Assembly (NCBI RefSeq): GCF_001481685.1
Contig: NZ_CP006867.1
Coordinates: 1,290,001 to 1,322,000 of the forward strand
Direction of reading: 5' to 3'
Origin: Ignicoccus islandicus DSM 13165
GTDB taxonomy: Archaea; Thermoproteota; Thermoprotei_A; Sulfolobales; Ignicoccaceae
DNA length: 32,000 nt
Shown here: one piece after another, positions 16,932-29,130 of the stretch
Layout of the letters: each line of letters begins with the position of its first letter
How positions within the stretch are numbered: position 1 is the first letter of the stretch
Notes under the pieces: model-generated
The model's database searches: none
What the model was told of the DNA's origin: nothing
The model's input: only the letters and a program-made list of their open reading frames with translations
Program-made: the position numbers and the translations under genes

Positions 16932-17554
16932 TTGCGAAGGATCTCGAGCTGATTTTCTAGAATCTCGTAAATTCGGTCATTTAGTGAAGTAACTATTATC
17001 TCTTTCCACATGTACCCTCTGAAGGGAAGCCTTAGTAACTTCCATCCTACGGTAATAGCATAAATGAAAGGCGATTTGGTTAATTGGAACCACTCTCTAC
17101 CTAAATCAATGCTACCCTCAACGAGATAGCTTAATTCTCGTGCGTAATCACCGATATATAGACATAAATCCGCGTCTTCTTTATTACTCAACAACTTTAT
17201 TTTCTTGAATCCTATGTAAGAAAGGTACCAAAGAGCTAACGTAAGTCCGCTTCGTGATTGCGGTGTACTCCACAATCTTACTGTATCTTTAACAGTACGT
17301 TCTTTTTTACACGGAATTAATAGGACGTTTCTTACAGGGCCATTAGACATTACTACTGGCATTTGAGGTAACAGAATTGATTGTGGTAAATAGAGAACCA
17401 TAGAAGTGACCATGGCTATATCAACCTTCTTTGTAAGATATCTGTATAGCGAAATCAGAGGTTCATCCAAGATTACCTTAACGCCTAAGTTTCTCCATTG
17501 TTCGACTAACTTAGAAGAGTATTTATACTTAATTAGAGATATTGACACCGTCAT
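16868..17554 (-). CDS. MqnA/DUF178-like protein (chorismate dehydratase family fold)
   Basis: The pattern matches my recollection of MqnA: VDIAMVTSMV, SNGPVRNVLLIPCK, LWSTPQSRSGLTLALWYL, ADLCLYIGDYAREL and IDLGREWFQLTKSPFIYAITV (compare DLGExWxxxTGLPFVFAVW). Confidence 0.55.
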   Translation of the reverse strand: MTVSISLIKYKYSSKLVEQWRNLGVKVILDEPLISLYRYLTKKVDIAMVTSMVLYLPQSILLPQMPVVMSNGPVRNVLLIPCKKERTVKDTVRLWSTPQSRSGLTLALWYLSYIGFKKIKLLSNKEDADLCLYIGDYARELSYLVEGSIDLGREWFQLTKSPFIYAITVGWKLLRLPFRGYMWKEIIVTSLNDRIYEILENQLEILRNYWYKISLLPDGILGLLLRSA

Positions 17555-17636
17555 TAGTACTTTCCAACGAAGATGATCTGGCGTTTACTTTATTTTTATT
17601 AAGCATGTCAAGGGGTTCTCTTTCGGGACTGCTATT

Positions 17637-18782
17637 ATGCTAATTAATAGAAAGATTGCTCTATTCTTATCGATTTTAGTGGCTACCGCATTCGCTGTCA
17701 ACAAACCAGCAATAACAATTCACGCAAGTGTAGGTGATCATGTAATCGTAATTAATGGAATTGATATTTCTTCAAAAATAGAAAATGTTCAAGGTATAGA
17801 AAATATTATATATTCAAAAGGCTCCTTAGAAAGCGAACTAAAAGATGCATCGTGTTGTATTAGGGAGAACATAACTGCGTCTTCTCATATCGAATCAACT
17901 TCCCTATTAATAAAAAGGGGTAAGCTTCACGTAGACATATCCTTTAAGTCAAATAGGACAGAAATTGATGGTGCAATACGAGTCAAAGGCAGCGTTGTTG
18001 CTTCACTTATATTTATAAGAGATAGTGATATAAAAGTAAACGTCCATGTAGATAAGACTAACAAGAACGCGTACGCACATATCGATGGATTTATAGCGTT
18101 AACCTCACCTCCTCAAATCACGAAAAATATTCTCAAGGTACAAGTACCAAAGATTAAGAAATACTTATCCGACCATGGCATCGATGTTATCAAGTTCGAG
18201 TACGAAGTAGTTAGTAATAAGGTTCCACCATCTTCAATAGTGAAACTGAACATAGAACTACATACGTCAAAATCTAAGCTAGAGAGTGTCTTAAATGAGT
18301 TAAACATAGGTGATATTATAAGCAAAGTAACTCTACCGGACGATAAAGCAAGGAGAACACTGACTGGTACTGCCGACCTCAAAGCGCAATTAAAGATGTC
18401 CAGAGAACCGAACAGCTCAGTTAAATATTACGTGATTATGGAAAGTTCTGCAAAAGTTTACGGAAAGTATTACAATACAACGCTTGCTGACGAGTTAAAT
18501 AACAGAGTGTCCCTAGTAATGGAGGCTCTAAACATAAGCACGCTAACTAAATACATCATAAGTGATGTTAAAGAAGTTAAGGTATACACGAACTTTGAAT
18601 ACAAGGATAAGAGAAGTTCAACAACTATAAGGTTTGAAAATTTGAAACTAATAGACAATAACGAAGTTTGGAAAGAGCTCTATAATATATCGAAGGAACA
18701 TAGTAATGTGGTAATAGAAGTTCAGTGTCACGACAAGATAGTCACACTAAACGCTCCTTCTAACCCATGTATTACTAAGTGA
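17637..18782 (+). CDS. Hypothetical secreted protein
   Basis: N-terminal signal-like segment MLINRKIALFLSILVATAFAVNKP. The body is Ser/Thr/Asn/Lys-rich and beta-rich, with no further TM segment and no recognised family. Confidence 0.45.
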   Translation: MLINRKIALFLSILVATAFAVNKPAITIHASVGDHVIVINGIDISSKIENVQGIENIIYSKGSLESELKDASCCIRENITASSHIESTSLLIKRGKLHVDISFKSNRTEIDGAIRVKGSVVASLIFIRDSDIKVNVHVDKTNKNAYAHIDGFIALTSPPQITKNILKVQVPKIKKYLSDHGIDVIKFEYEVVSNKVPPSSIVKLNIELHTSKSKLESVLNELNIGDIISKVTLPDDKARRTLTGTADLKAQLKMSREPNSSVKYYVIMESSAKVYGKYYNTTLADELNNRVSLVMEALNISTLTKYIISDVKEVKVYTNFEYKDKRSSTTIRFENLKLIDNNEVWKELYNISKEHSNVVIEVQCHDKIVTLNAPSNPCITK

Positions 18783-18840
18783 AAGAGCATTTGAAATTAC
18801 TATTGTATGAAAAACGAATATTCACGCTTCATAATTTATT

Positions 18841-18849
18841 TTTATAAAA
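18841..18849 (+). promoter_or_regulatory. TATA-box-like element upstream of the creatininase-family gene
   Basis: TTTATAAAA is centred about 31 nt upstream of the TTG start at 18876, with GAGGGG between them. Confidence 0.3.
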
Positions 18850-18875
18850 CGATTATCGTGTAGAGGGGCTAAAGC

Positions 18876-19643
18876 TTGGATAGGGAGCTTAGCTTCGCTC
18901 ATTCGAATGTAAACAACCTTCCTAACTCGGACTTACTAATACTGCCAATAGGATCCATCGAACGCCATGGCGATCATTTACCTCTTGGCACGGACACAAT
19001 AATAGCTGAATACGTATCCCAGAGAGTTGCATTAAAACTAAGGAATGAAGGTTACAAAGTATTCGTATTACCACCAATATGGTATGGCTACACTTGGAGC
19101 TTACTTCACCTCGATGGTACTATCACCATCGAACCCTCAGTATTGAAGTCCTTCATTGAAGACATCTTGGTGAGCTTGGCTAATCCGCGTTTCACGAGAA
19201 TATTGATAATAAATGGTCATGGCGGCAATAAGGAACCCATTGAGCTGGCAGTAAAGGAGGCGTTACTTCGTCTGGGCCCTGGAATCAAGATAGGATATAT
19301 CTCATGGTGGGACGTATTAGATGAAGAGACGCTGGATCGCGCGCTTCCGGGCTCAAAGCCCCTTCACGCGTGTGAAATTGAGACTAGCATAATGCTTTAC
19401 ATATGCCCTAGTTGCGTTGATAAAGAAGCTCTTAACAGAGTTGAACCAGTACGACCACCTAGGAGGTCAATTTTAAGATCATTGGAGGATACTCGAAAAG
19501 CTTTCTCTAAGGGATATTTAGGTGATCCGAAGAAGGCTAACGAAGAAGCGGGAAAGGTCATTATAGAGAGCGTCATCGATAAGCTCGTTGATTTAATTAA
19601 AAGAGAACTCACTAAAGAAAAGGTAGAGTTAGAGTATGAGTAA
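18876..19643 (+). CDS. Creatininase-family amidohydrolase (ArfB-like formamide hydrolase candidate)
   Basis: LLILPIGSIERHGDHLPLGTDTIIAE, INGHGGN and HACEIETS are the creatininase-fold metal-binding motifs. TTG start. Confidence 0.8.
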   Translation: MDRELSFAHSNVNNLPNSDLLILPIGSIERHGDHLPLGTDTIIAEYVSQRVALKLRNEGYKVFVLPPIWYGYTWSLLHLDGTITIEPSVLKSFIEDILVSLANPRFTRILIINGHGGNKEPIELAVKEALLRLGPGIKIGYISWWDVLDEETLDRALPGSKPLHACEIETSIMLYICPSCVDKEALNRVEPVRPPRRSILRSLEDTRKAFSKGYLGDPKKANEEAGKVIIESVIDKLVDLIKRELTKEKVELEYE

Positions 19644-22508
19644 TTACTTTACCAAAAACGCAGCTAATTTACTGGTTCCACTCAATTGACTATTGTCGAT
19701 GCTAAACGCTTTTAGTATCTGACTTAGGGTCGAGTCTATTGCTTCGTAGTATTTTTCTAAATCCAGTTCCGTAAGTTTCGCTAACTGCACCGGTTTCACT
19801 CCTTCTGCGCCCTTGACTTTCACGAAAGATATTACATCTCCTGGAGCAACGTTGACACCAAACTTCAGCAACATTCTAGCTGCTTTGACGTGTTGAGGAA
19901 CGTTCTTATTATATTCGTTTAATCCTTTGGTTAATTGCATATGAAACGCCACTTCGTCCAAGTTGTAATATTGTTTCCTTAAGTTCACGTACAACTGTTG
20001 AACCAAGTCCTTTATCCTTTCCCTGGTTTCTACAAGGTCTTCCGGCGTTTCGATTCGTTTAATCATTTCTATAACATTACTAAAGGCCTCTTTGAGAAAC
20101 TGTGGCGTGTGCCTCTTCTTACCTAAGAGACCTTTGACGTCAATACTTCCATCCGGGTACACGCCTATATAGTTCTTCTTCAATCCAGTAAACGCAACGA
20201 ATCTGTAAACTTTATCTACCTCTATTTCTAAACCGAACTCCTTCTGTACCCAATTTATGATGTCCTTCAAGATCTCCTCAGAAGGTGACCACAAGAACAT
20301 CGAGTCGGTATCTCCGTATAGTATTGGAATTCCTTTCTCCATGGTATATCTCATAGTACTCCTGATAGCATACCTTCCGAATGCAGTGATGCTTTCCGCA
20401 GCTGGAGGACAATATAACTCGAAGCTTTCTGCACCCAGGACTCCATAGGATGCATTTATGTATACCTTCATTGCTGCTTGTACGGTATTATACCATTCTC
20501 TCATTTGATCTGAGAGGCTTTTATCTTTAGCTTTTCTCTTATAGATCTTAACCCTATAATCTCTTAATAATCCAACTATTAGAGCGGTAATGCCTTCTCT
20601 TTCTTGACATATTTTGTGACCGACCTCTGGTGCTTCAACATACTTAGTACATCCTTCTTCGTTAACCGTTTCGTAGCTTATGTTATACTTCTTTATTATG
20701 GTCGGATACAGCGAAGCGAAGTCTAATACTAAGACATTGAAGAAAACGCCAACTACAGGTTCGAATACGAATGCTCCTTGATATCTTTTTCCTTTTATTG
20801 TTGCTGAGCTACGTACCTCTCCTTTCAGCTTTATAATGTCTTCTCTATTAGGTATCAAATACCTCCTTCTCCTATGTTCCCAGAAGAACAAGTTCTTTAT
20901 CCATGCAGAAATTTGCTTTCGGGTAACTTCTTCGACGCCCAGTTTAGATATTCGGGAAATTAGTACTATTAACTTCCAAGGTAGATAGGAATTGAAGCTG
21001 AAAAGCTGTAACGTAAGTTTAGCGTCTCTAAAGTTATAAATAACTAATTCGTCGTATTCTAGTTCGCTAATAGGCTTAGTGATGCTTACCTTATGTTCGC
21101 CTAACAAAGCGGAGGCGACGGCATCTAGGTTGACCTCTTTATACTTGTTTCCAAACGCGTACGTCTTTATTGCGTTTATGTCGTAGAACTTGTACAAGTC
21201 GATATGTATTCCATGGTTAATGGTAAAGTAGTCAGATGTTTTCTTTATAGGTATCATGTTTTCGGGTATTCCTAGAAGCAGGGCTCTATTGTATATGTAT
21301 TGAAGGTCGAAGTTATCACCGTTATAAGTTAGAAGAATTGGATACTTCCTAATTACCCTAAGAAGTTCGATTACTAATGCTCTTTCCGAATCGAAGAATT
21401 CTATTTCAATATCTTGTTCAGATAACTTCCTTATTTGTTCTTCGGTAAGCTTCATGTTGTTACGAATAAGAACTAACACTTTCTTCATTCCGTCATTGGA
21501 TGCTAATGCGACTGAGGTAATCGGATAGGGAGCTTTGGTTGCGTCTGGAACCCTACCCAAGGACGGTGTAAAGACCTCTATGTCTATTGCTAAAACCCTT
21601 ACATTAGGGGGAGGTACTTCGAAGATAGGTATCCAAGCTATAGCGAGTTTCTTGAACTCATCGCTCTCGCCTTTGAACGCTTCGTTTATCTTCTCTATTT
21701 CCTCCGGACTTACTTTGTGTGGAACGGGTAAAATTCCGTTCTTAGTAACCATATATGGTAACAGTGGAATGAGGCCTAAATCGTATGTATAGTTATCGTG
21801 ATATTTTATTTTAGCTTCCCATGCTCTCGGCACCTTATCTCTTAACTCTCTTACAGCTAATGGATCGGTAGTGTAAATTTTGGTTAGTCTGAGGATCTTT
21901 TTATTCAGTAAGTCATACCTTTCTATTACATCCATCCCAGCGAAGCTGGAATTTTTCGTGATACCTAGTCTCCTAACTTCTTGAGGTTCCAAGTCAGTCA
22001 AGAAATACGGTTTATGGCCATAAGTATCTACCCATTTCCTTATCTCATGCCGTTTCTCATCGTACATTAACAAGACGGCTTTGCCTAAGTTACCATCATA
22101 AGTGACTTGCAACAAATAGTAACTCTCACCTGGAATAACGTCCGGCATCTCTCTCGTCAATATAGAGTAATTTCTTCCACTCGATTCGTCATTATTATTT
22201 AGGAGCATTGTTAGTGTGACGTTCTTATTTAGACGTGCCTTCTCTTGATGTTTCGTTTCAACGTTCCTCTTTAATCCGATCAATAATCCACTAACTTCAT
22301 TGTGTCCTATGGAAAACTTATCTCCATTACCATCGCTATCTTTCTTAACGTCACTTCCTTTTGATAATCCTTTTTTAGAGTTTTTATCACGGCAGTTCTC
22401 TTGATTGTTGGACTTGATGAAATCGAAGAGTGTGGGTCCCCTGTGTTTCCTCTTCTTCACAAAATGTTCCCATAAATTTCCTAGTCTTTCGACGGGATAA
22501 TATATCAA
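19644..22508 (-). CDS. polB: Family-B DNA polymerase, PolB1/Dpo1 type
   Basis: ExoI AIDIEV, Exo[12 protein letters not shown], Exo[12 protein letters not shown], motif [13 protein letters not shown], motif [13 protein letters not shown], motif [24 protein letters not shown]...GHKPYFLTD and [19 protein letters not shown] closely parallel my recollection of Sulfolobus Dpo1. The listed TTG start overlaps the fen1 stop; a GTG at 22460 is an alternative start. Confidence 0.95.
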   Translation of the reverse strand: MIYYPVERLGNLWEHFVKKRKHRGPTLFDFIKSNNQENCRDKNSKKGLSKGSDVKKDSDGNGDKFSIGHNEVSGLLIGLKRNVETKHQEKARLNKNVTLTMLLNNNDESSGRNYSILTREMPDVIPGESYYLLQVTYDGNLGKAVLLMYDEKRHEIRKWVDTYGHKPYFLTDLEPQEVRRLGITKNSSFAGMDVIERYDLLNKKILRLTKIYTTDPLAVRELRDKVPRAWEAKIKYHDNYTYDLGLIPLLPYMVTKNGILPVPHKVSPEEIEKINEAFKGESDEFKKLAIAWIPIFEVPPPNVRVLAIDIEVFTPSLGRVPDATKAPYPITSVALASNDGMKKVLVLIRNNMKLTEEQIRKLSEQDIEIEFFDSERALVIELLRVIRKYPILLTYNGDNFDLQYIYNRALLLGIPENMIPIKKTSDYFTINHGIHIDLYKFYDINAIKTYAFGNKYKEVNLDAVASALLGEHKVSITKPISELEYDELVIYNFRDAKLTLQLFSFNSYLPWKLIVLISRISKLGVEEVTRKQISAWIKNLFFWEHRRRRYLIPNREDIIKLKGEVRSSATIKGKRYQGAFVFEPVVGVFFNVLVLDFASLYPTIIKKYNISYETVNEEGCTKYVEAPEVGHKICQEREGITALIVGLLRDYRVKIYKRKAKDKSLSDQMREWYNTVQAAMKVYINASYGVLGAESFELYCPPAAESITAFGRYAIRSTMRYTMEKGIPILYGDTDSMFLWSPSEEILKDIINWVQKEFGLEIEVDKVYRFVAFTGLKKNYIGVYPDGSIDVKGLLGKKRHTPQFLKEAFSNVIEMIKRIETPEDLVETRERIKDLVQQLYVNLRKQYYNLDEVAFHMQLTKGLNEYNKNVPQHVKAARMLLKFGVNVAPGDVISFVKVKGAEGVKPVQLAKLTELDLEKYYEAIDSTLSQILKAFSIDNSQLSGTSKLAAFLVK

Positions 22509-23560
22509 GATTTCTTGGAGAAAAACGCGTCTAATCCTAGCTGTCTACTCCTTATTTTCTCACGCCATGCTTTCTTTAGGCGTTCTGCCGCTCTCCTAAC
22601 CCTCTCCTCATTGAAGTCATGTTCTCGAACCAGAAATTCGATTAGACCTTCAATATCGGGCTCGCGCCATTCTAGGACGTAGTCGTCGGTTACTGGGGGG
22701 TTTAAGAAGAACTCTTTAACCTTCAAGTAGTATTCTACGTCCTCAACGTTATAGGATCTTAATATCTTTTCTAGATCCTTGTACGTTTTAACTAATCGAA
22801 GAGCTGTTTTTGGACCAATTCCTTTTATGCCTTCAGTGTAATCGGTGCCTACCAGTAAGGCTATATCTATTAATTGCTCGCGAGAGATGTCGAGGTCTTT
22901 AAGTATGCAATCTAGCTTTATTTCCTCTGGCTCTACGTTCACATAGACGTTCTTTCCAGGTAGCTTTCTCTTACCGCTTACAACTAAGTTTCTAATCAAC
23001 CTAGGGCTTCCGAAAAGTAGGGAATCGTAATCTTGGCTTCCACTTGCCCATACCGATCCCTTTTGAGCCATGTAAGCTGCTTGTGCTTCGCCTTCACTAG
23101 GGGCTTGGACCCATGGAACCCCCATAAGTTCAAGTAACTTCTTGGCATCTGCGACCATTGCAGGCGTTAAACGCGTACTCATCTGCGCGTACTTTTTGGC
23201 TTCTTCAATTATACCCTTAGATATGGCTTCCTTATACATTTTCTCGGCTTTTTCCTTTATGCTTAATCGTCTTTCTATCTCTTTCTTCTTAAAGTCCGGA
23301 GGTTTTCCATCAAATACGTAAGCGACTCTTATACCGTTTTCTAACAGATTAACCGTTCTGTAGAAGAGACCTGCTAAATGACTAGTCACGTTGCCTCTCG
23401 AATCCATTAATGGTTTACCATCCGGTCCACGAATAGCAGTCAGAAATTGATAAAGTGAATTGAAACCATCTAATGCGATTTTCCTCCCCTCTAGGGCCTT
23501 AAGAGTGTAGTTCGTTACGCATTTCTGAGGTATTATTTCACGCAGTTGAGCTATACCCAT
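22505..23560 (-). CDS. fen: Flap endonuclease 1
   Basis: [10 protein letters not shown]-terminus, [40 protein letters not shown] (H3TH), and a C-terminal canonical PIP box QLGLDAFF. I chose the ATG at 23560; the track ATG at 23575 is possible. Confidence 0.95.
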   Translation of the reverse strand: MGIAQLREIIPQKCVTNYTLKALEGRKIALDGFNSLYQFLTAIRGPDGKPLMDSRGNVTSHLAGLFYRTVNLLENGIRVAYVFDGKPPDFKKKEIERRLSIKEKAEKMYKEAISKGIIEEAKKYAQMSTRLTPAMVADAKKLLELMGVPWVQAPSEGEAQAAYMAQKGSVWASGSQDYDSLLFGSPRLIRNLVVSGKRKLPGKNVYVNVEPEEIKLDCILKDLDISREQLIDIALLVGTDYTEGIKGIGPKTALRLVKTYKDLEKILRSYNVEDVEYYLKVKEFFLNPPVTDDYVLEWREPDIEGLIEFLVREHDFNEERVRRAAERLKKAWREKIRSRQLGLDAFFSKKS

Positions 23561-23605
23561 GAAATTATACCCCATTAAATATTAGGAAGTATTCCCCATT
23601 CAGTT

Positions 23606-23869
23606 TTAACTTTGGGAGGGAGCTTTTTCGAGAAGAGTTATAATGTAATCGGACCTATCCCTTCTTACATGAACTAAACCATTAAGTTCGAGGTACATTA
23701 GAGCTTTAAGTAGCTCTGTTTTCGAAATACCGGCATCCTTGAATGGAGGAACGTAACTAAGAGATTCTTGAAGCTCACTGAGTTTCACTGAGCCTTTAGC
23801 AGTGATGAGATTATATATCATAAAGGCTAGGGGTCGGCTTCTCCAAGTTCTCGTTTTGTCGGTGCCCAT
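23606..23869 (-). CDS. Small winged-helix-like protein, function unknown
   Basis: 87 aa. AFMIYNLITAKGSVKLSELQESL ... LKALMYLELNGLVHVRRDRSDYIITLLE has wHTH texture. It sits 11 nt downstream of cdc48 and 30-45 nt upstream of fen1. Confidence 0.45.
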   Translation of the reverse strand: MGTDKTRTWRSRPLAFMIYNLITAKGSVKLSELQESLSYVPPFKDAGISKTELLKALMYLELNGLVHVRRDRSDYIITLLEKAPSQS

Positions 23870-23880
23870 TGTCCTTCACC

Positions 23881-26100
<2,220 letters not shown>

Positions 26101-26145
26101 TCACCCTCGTTTAATTTGGTTTTAAAGGTATGAGCCCCTTCAATT

Positions 26146-26529
26146 TTAACATCTTAGACAGAGCTTCCCATGATCGACTATCACTTCACATAGCTCACCA
26201 TCACTCACGTCGATTCTACCAAACTTGTCACCGTGAGTAATTCCGGCGACGACGCTACCGCTAACAACAATTGGATCGCTCTCCTCTTCAAAGATTATCG
26301 CTAATGGTGCATTTGAGTAGTACTTGAGCGCGTAAATTACGTAAGCGCCAACGGTGGAGCCTTTTGGACCTTTAGCAATTAATATCCTGTTCGCTATAGA
26401 GCGTCCATCGTATAGCTTCCCTTCTTTAGGATTGACCTCACCCAGAAAGCTTATCCTTCCTTTCACTTTAACGACTTCCGCTTTTCCGAGATTCTCAACT
26501 AGCAATGCGCGACCACACACTTCCTTCAT
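26146..26529 (-). CDS. Aconitase X swivel-domain protein (DUF126), the phosphomevalonate dehydratase small subunit candidate
   Basis: GRALLVENLGKAEVVKVKGRISFLGEVNPKEGKL...GRSIANRILIAKGPKGSTVGAYVIYAL...APLAIIF follows the AcnX small-subunit pattern. I chose the ATG at 26529; the track start at 26565 would overlap the large subunit by 23 nt. Confidence 0.8.
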   Translation of the reverse strand: MKEVCGRALLVENLGKAEVVKVKGRISFLGEVNPKEGKLYDGRSIANRILIAKGPKGSTVGAYVIYALKYYSNAPLAIIFEEESDPIVVSGSVVAGITHGDKFGRIDVSDGELCEVIVDHGKLCLRC

Positions 26530-26542
26530 TTCAAACACCTGC

Positions 26543-27700
26543 CTAGAGAACGCCTTTAATGTCATTGACTCTTACTAACCATACGTCCAGACCCTTTCTC
26601 TTTAAATAGAAGTAAGTTTTCGCACTAGTCGTTGCAACTTTTCTTATACCTAATTTTTCGATCGGTGTAACGACACTACAAGTACCCTTTACGAGTTTGA
26701 TTCCTTTTCTTTCAATATCTTTAGTCAAGCCCATCGAACTTGCGATGTTATATACGTGCGGTGATACAGCTATCCAGACCTCTTTCCCGCTCCTCACCCC
26801 CTTAATTCTATCGTTAAGTAACTTCAATTCGTCTACGCTAACGTGTGGGCATCCGTGAAATAGTAGCTCGGCGTCGGAAACGTCACCGAAGTACTTCGTA
26901 ACCGATTTTTCATCTACTTCTATCTTTTCTTCAGTACCTTCTCTATAAGTATCTCTTGGTGTAACCCCCTCAATTACCGACAAAGCAATGCTTCCAGAAG
27001 CAGCCGATGCTGCCAAGAGGAGTTTAAGCGAGGTTTCTGATATTGGTGGATTGACGTACCGTGGTGTCCCATTACCTACTATTTCCCCTATCTCCAATCC
27101 CACAGCGCTCCATTCGGCTGGATCGGAAATCCCGGTCACTTTTACGCGGTGCGTTGTTATTCTATTCTCTTCGAGATGAAGACCAGCGTAATACGTCCTG
27201 CCAGTAATCGCTGCCGCAATCGCTAGCATTCCTCCTTCTCTATTAGTATAAGCTCCGAGAACGCTGTTTGCATAGGCAACCGCGCTACTCTCACCCCATG
27301 CCAAGTGCTCTTTCTTTGAAGGAGTGCGAATATAGTAAGGAGTGCAAGTAACGGTTACGTTAAAACCCATTGAAGAAAGCGCTTTGAGAACTTCGATTTG
27401 CTTCTTGTAGAATTCAATACCAACTGGGATCTTGTTTGGATCGTCGATGTCCATACCAATTGGATTGATTGTAGAAAATACTCTGACCTTTGCCCCACGA
27501 GCACTTAGTGTCTTTAACCAATGTAGTCCCGGCTCGCCTATGGTTCCATAAGATATACCTGAAGCGTGTGCATGCGTTATCGGTATTAACCGATCGGCAC
27601 CTAAGACTTCACCGACTTTCACGACGATTTTCATTGCTTCGGAAACAGCTTCTCCGTACTCACCATTAATCATCCTTTCCTCTTCTCTATTTAAAAACAT
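26543..27700 (-). CDS. Aconitase X catalytic-domain protein (DUF521), the phosphomevalonate dehydratase large subunit candidate
   Basis: MFLNREEERMINGEYGEAVSEAMKIVVKVGEVLGADRLIPITHAHASGISYGTIGEPGL...GAKVRVFSTINPIGMD is the characteristic AcnX N-terminal region. The start codon shares 1 nt with the tpiA stop. Confidence 0.85.
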   Translation of the reverse strand: MFLNREEERMINGEYGEAVSEAMKIVVKVGEVLGADRLIPITHAHASGISYGTIGEPGLHWLKTLSARGAKVRVFSTINPIGMDIDDPNKIPVGIEFYKKQIEVLKALSSMGFNVTVTCTPYYIRTPSKKEHLAWGESSAVAYANSVLGAYTNREGGMLAIAAAITGRTYYAGLHLEENRITTHRVKVTGISDPAEWSAVGLEIGEIVGNGTPRYVNPPISETSLKLLLAASAASGSIALSVIEGVTPRDTYREGTEEKIEVDEKSVTKYFGDVSDAELLFHGCPHVSVDELKLLNDRIKGVRSGKEVWIAVSPHVYNIASSMGLTKDIERKGIKLVKGTCSVVTPIEKLGIRKVATTSAKTYFYLKRKGLDVWLVRVNDIKGVL

Positions 27701-28371
27701 TATTTTATAGCACCCGCGAATTCTCGTAGTTTCTCATAGGGATCTTTAGCTTTAACTACTGCTGATGCAACCAATACTCCTTGTGCACCCAGTTCTAAGG
27801 CTTTCCTCACGTCTTCACCGGAACTTATTCCGGCGCCTACAAGTATAGGTCCAGTGAAACCGGTTTTCCTAACTTGTTCAATGGTTTCAGTGATTAGCTC
27901 GGGTTTCGCTTTGGACACAGAAATACCTGTACCTATTAGTTCTGGTGGTTCCATAGCTACCATGGAAGGATTTAGAAGCGAGACTGCGGCCGCAGTTTCT
28001 GGTCTGGGTGTGCATACCAATGAGTCAAGACCGTAATTCTTCAACTTGGCTATTACTTGATGTATTGCTGAAAGCGTAAGCTGACGCTCGCTATGATTAA
28101 CAATGCTACCGTGGACTATGTCCTTTATACCTTCTACAGGAATTCTCCCGGTCACAGCACCGGGATCAACTTCGTCAACGTGTTGGGCATATATCTTAGT
28201 TCTCTCGGATGCAAGTCTTGCTTCCTTCAGTTCTGTAAAGGGTGGTGCGAGAATAGTTTCTACATTATATTCAATAGCTATCTTATCTAGTGCTCTCAAT
28301 ATCTTAAGCAAACTCGATCCAAAGGAATGAGGATAATAGGCTTTAGCATTAACCGCTATTATTGGTTTCAT
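27700..28371 (-). CDS. tpiA: Triosephosphate isomerase (short archaeal type)
   Basis: MKPIIAVNAKAY, NHSERQL, AMEPPELIGTG and VGAGISSGEDV. About 223 aa from the ATG at 28371; the track GTG at 28383 is possible. Confidence 0.9.
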   Translation of the reverse strand: MKPIIAVNAKAYYPHSFGSSLLKILRALDKIAIEYNVETILAPPFTELKEARLASERTKIYAQHVDEVDPGAVTGRIPVEGIKDIVHGSIVNHSERQLTLSAIHQVIAKLKNYGLDSLVCTPRPETAAAVSLLNPSMVAMEPPELIGTGISVSKAKPELITETIEQVRKTGFTGPILVGAGISSGEDVRKALELGAQGVLVASAVVKAKDPYEKLREFAGAIK

Positions 28372-28398
28372 GTGTACTAACACCTCCGTAACGTCTAA

Positions 28399-29094
28399 TT
28401 ATTTAGTATAAAGGACCTTTACCTCTGCCTCGCCTTTCGTAACTTTGTTTAACTTATCAATGACGTCTTGTTGCATCCCCGCCGGTATTTCTATTTCCGC
28501 AACTAACGTTCCGTCAGTTTTCCAATCGGCTGATTTAAGTTCACCTAATTTTTGGATTACTGGATAAGCCCTACCGGCGTATTGCGGTGGTACTCGGATT
28601 TGCAGTAACGAACGGGCAATCTTTATTGGTATTACTCTAGAAATAGCTTTGACAACTTTCATTGCTTCTTCTTCTACGCTTTTATAAGGATCTATAGAGA
28701 CCTTTGCTTCTGCCATAGCGGCTTCTATTCTAGATGGTGGAATTGGTAGTTTAGTTTGGGGATCAATAGCGTTTCTTGCAATGAAATTTATGACTTGTTT
28801 TCTCTTAGCTTCTAGAAGTTTTCGCCTCTGTTCTGTTGTAAGTTGAAGTTCGCCTTTCTTTAGTATTGTTTCGGCAATTGTAAATATATCGGTTGTACCA
28901 AACGCCTTCTTTAACACTTCTGGTGAGACTCTGTCTCCACTTCGAACGTCCTTATAAACTTCTTCACTAATCAGTATCTCTTGAATTGGAATCTTCTCAC
29001 CATTGATATATCTGAAGGCTTTCTCGGGGTCAACTAAGATCTCGAACTTGTGTCCCTTGAATTCAAGTCTGGCCACAACGTAAGATTTACTCAT
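28399..29094 (-). CDS. SBDS-family ribosome maturation protein
   Basis: [45 protein letters not shown], three-domain length of 231 aa. Confidence 0.9.
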   Translation of the reverse strand: MSKSYVVARLEFKGHKFEILVDPEKAFRYINGEKIPIQEILISEEVYKDVRSGDRVSPEVLKKAFGTTDIFTIAETILKKGELQLTTEQRRKLLEAKRKQVINFIARNAIDPQTKLPIPPSRIEAAMAEAKVSIDPYKSVEEEAMKVVKAISRVIPIKIARSLLQIRVPPQYAGRAYPVIQKLGELKSADWKTDGTLVAEIEIPAGMQQDVIDKLNKVTKGEAEVKVLYTK

Positions 29095-29130
29095 AGCGTA
29101 CCACCGTTTGTAACTAATCCCTTGAGGGAT

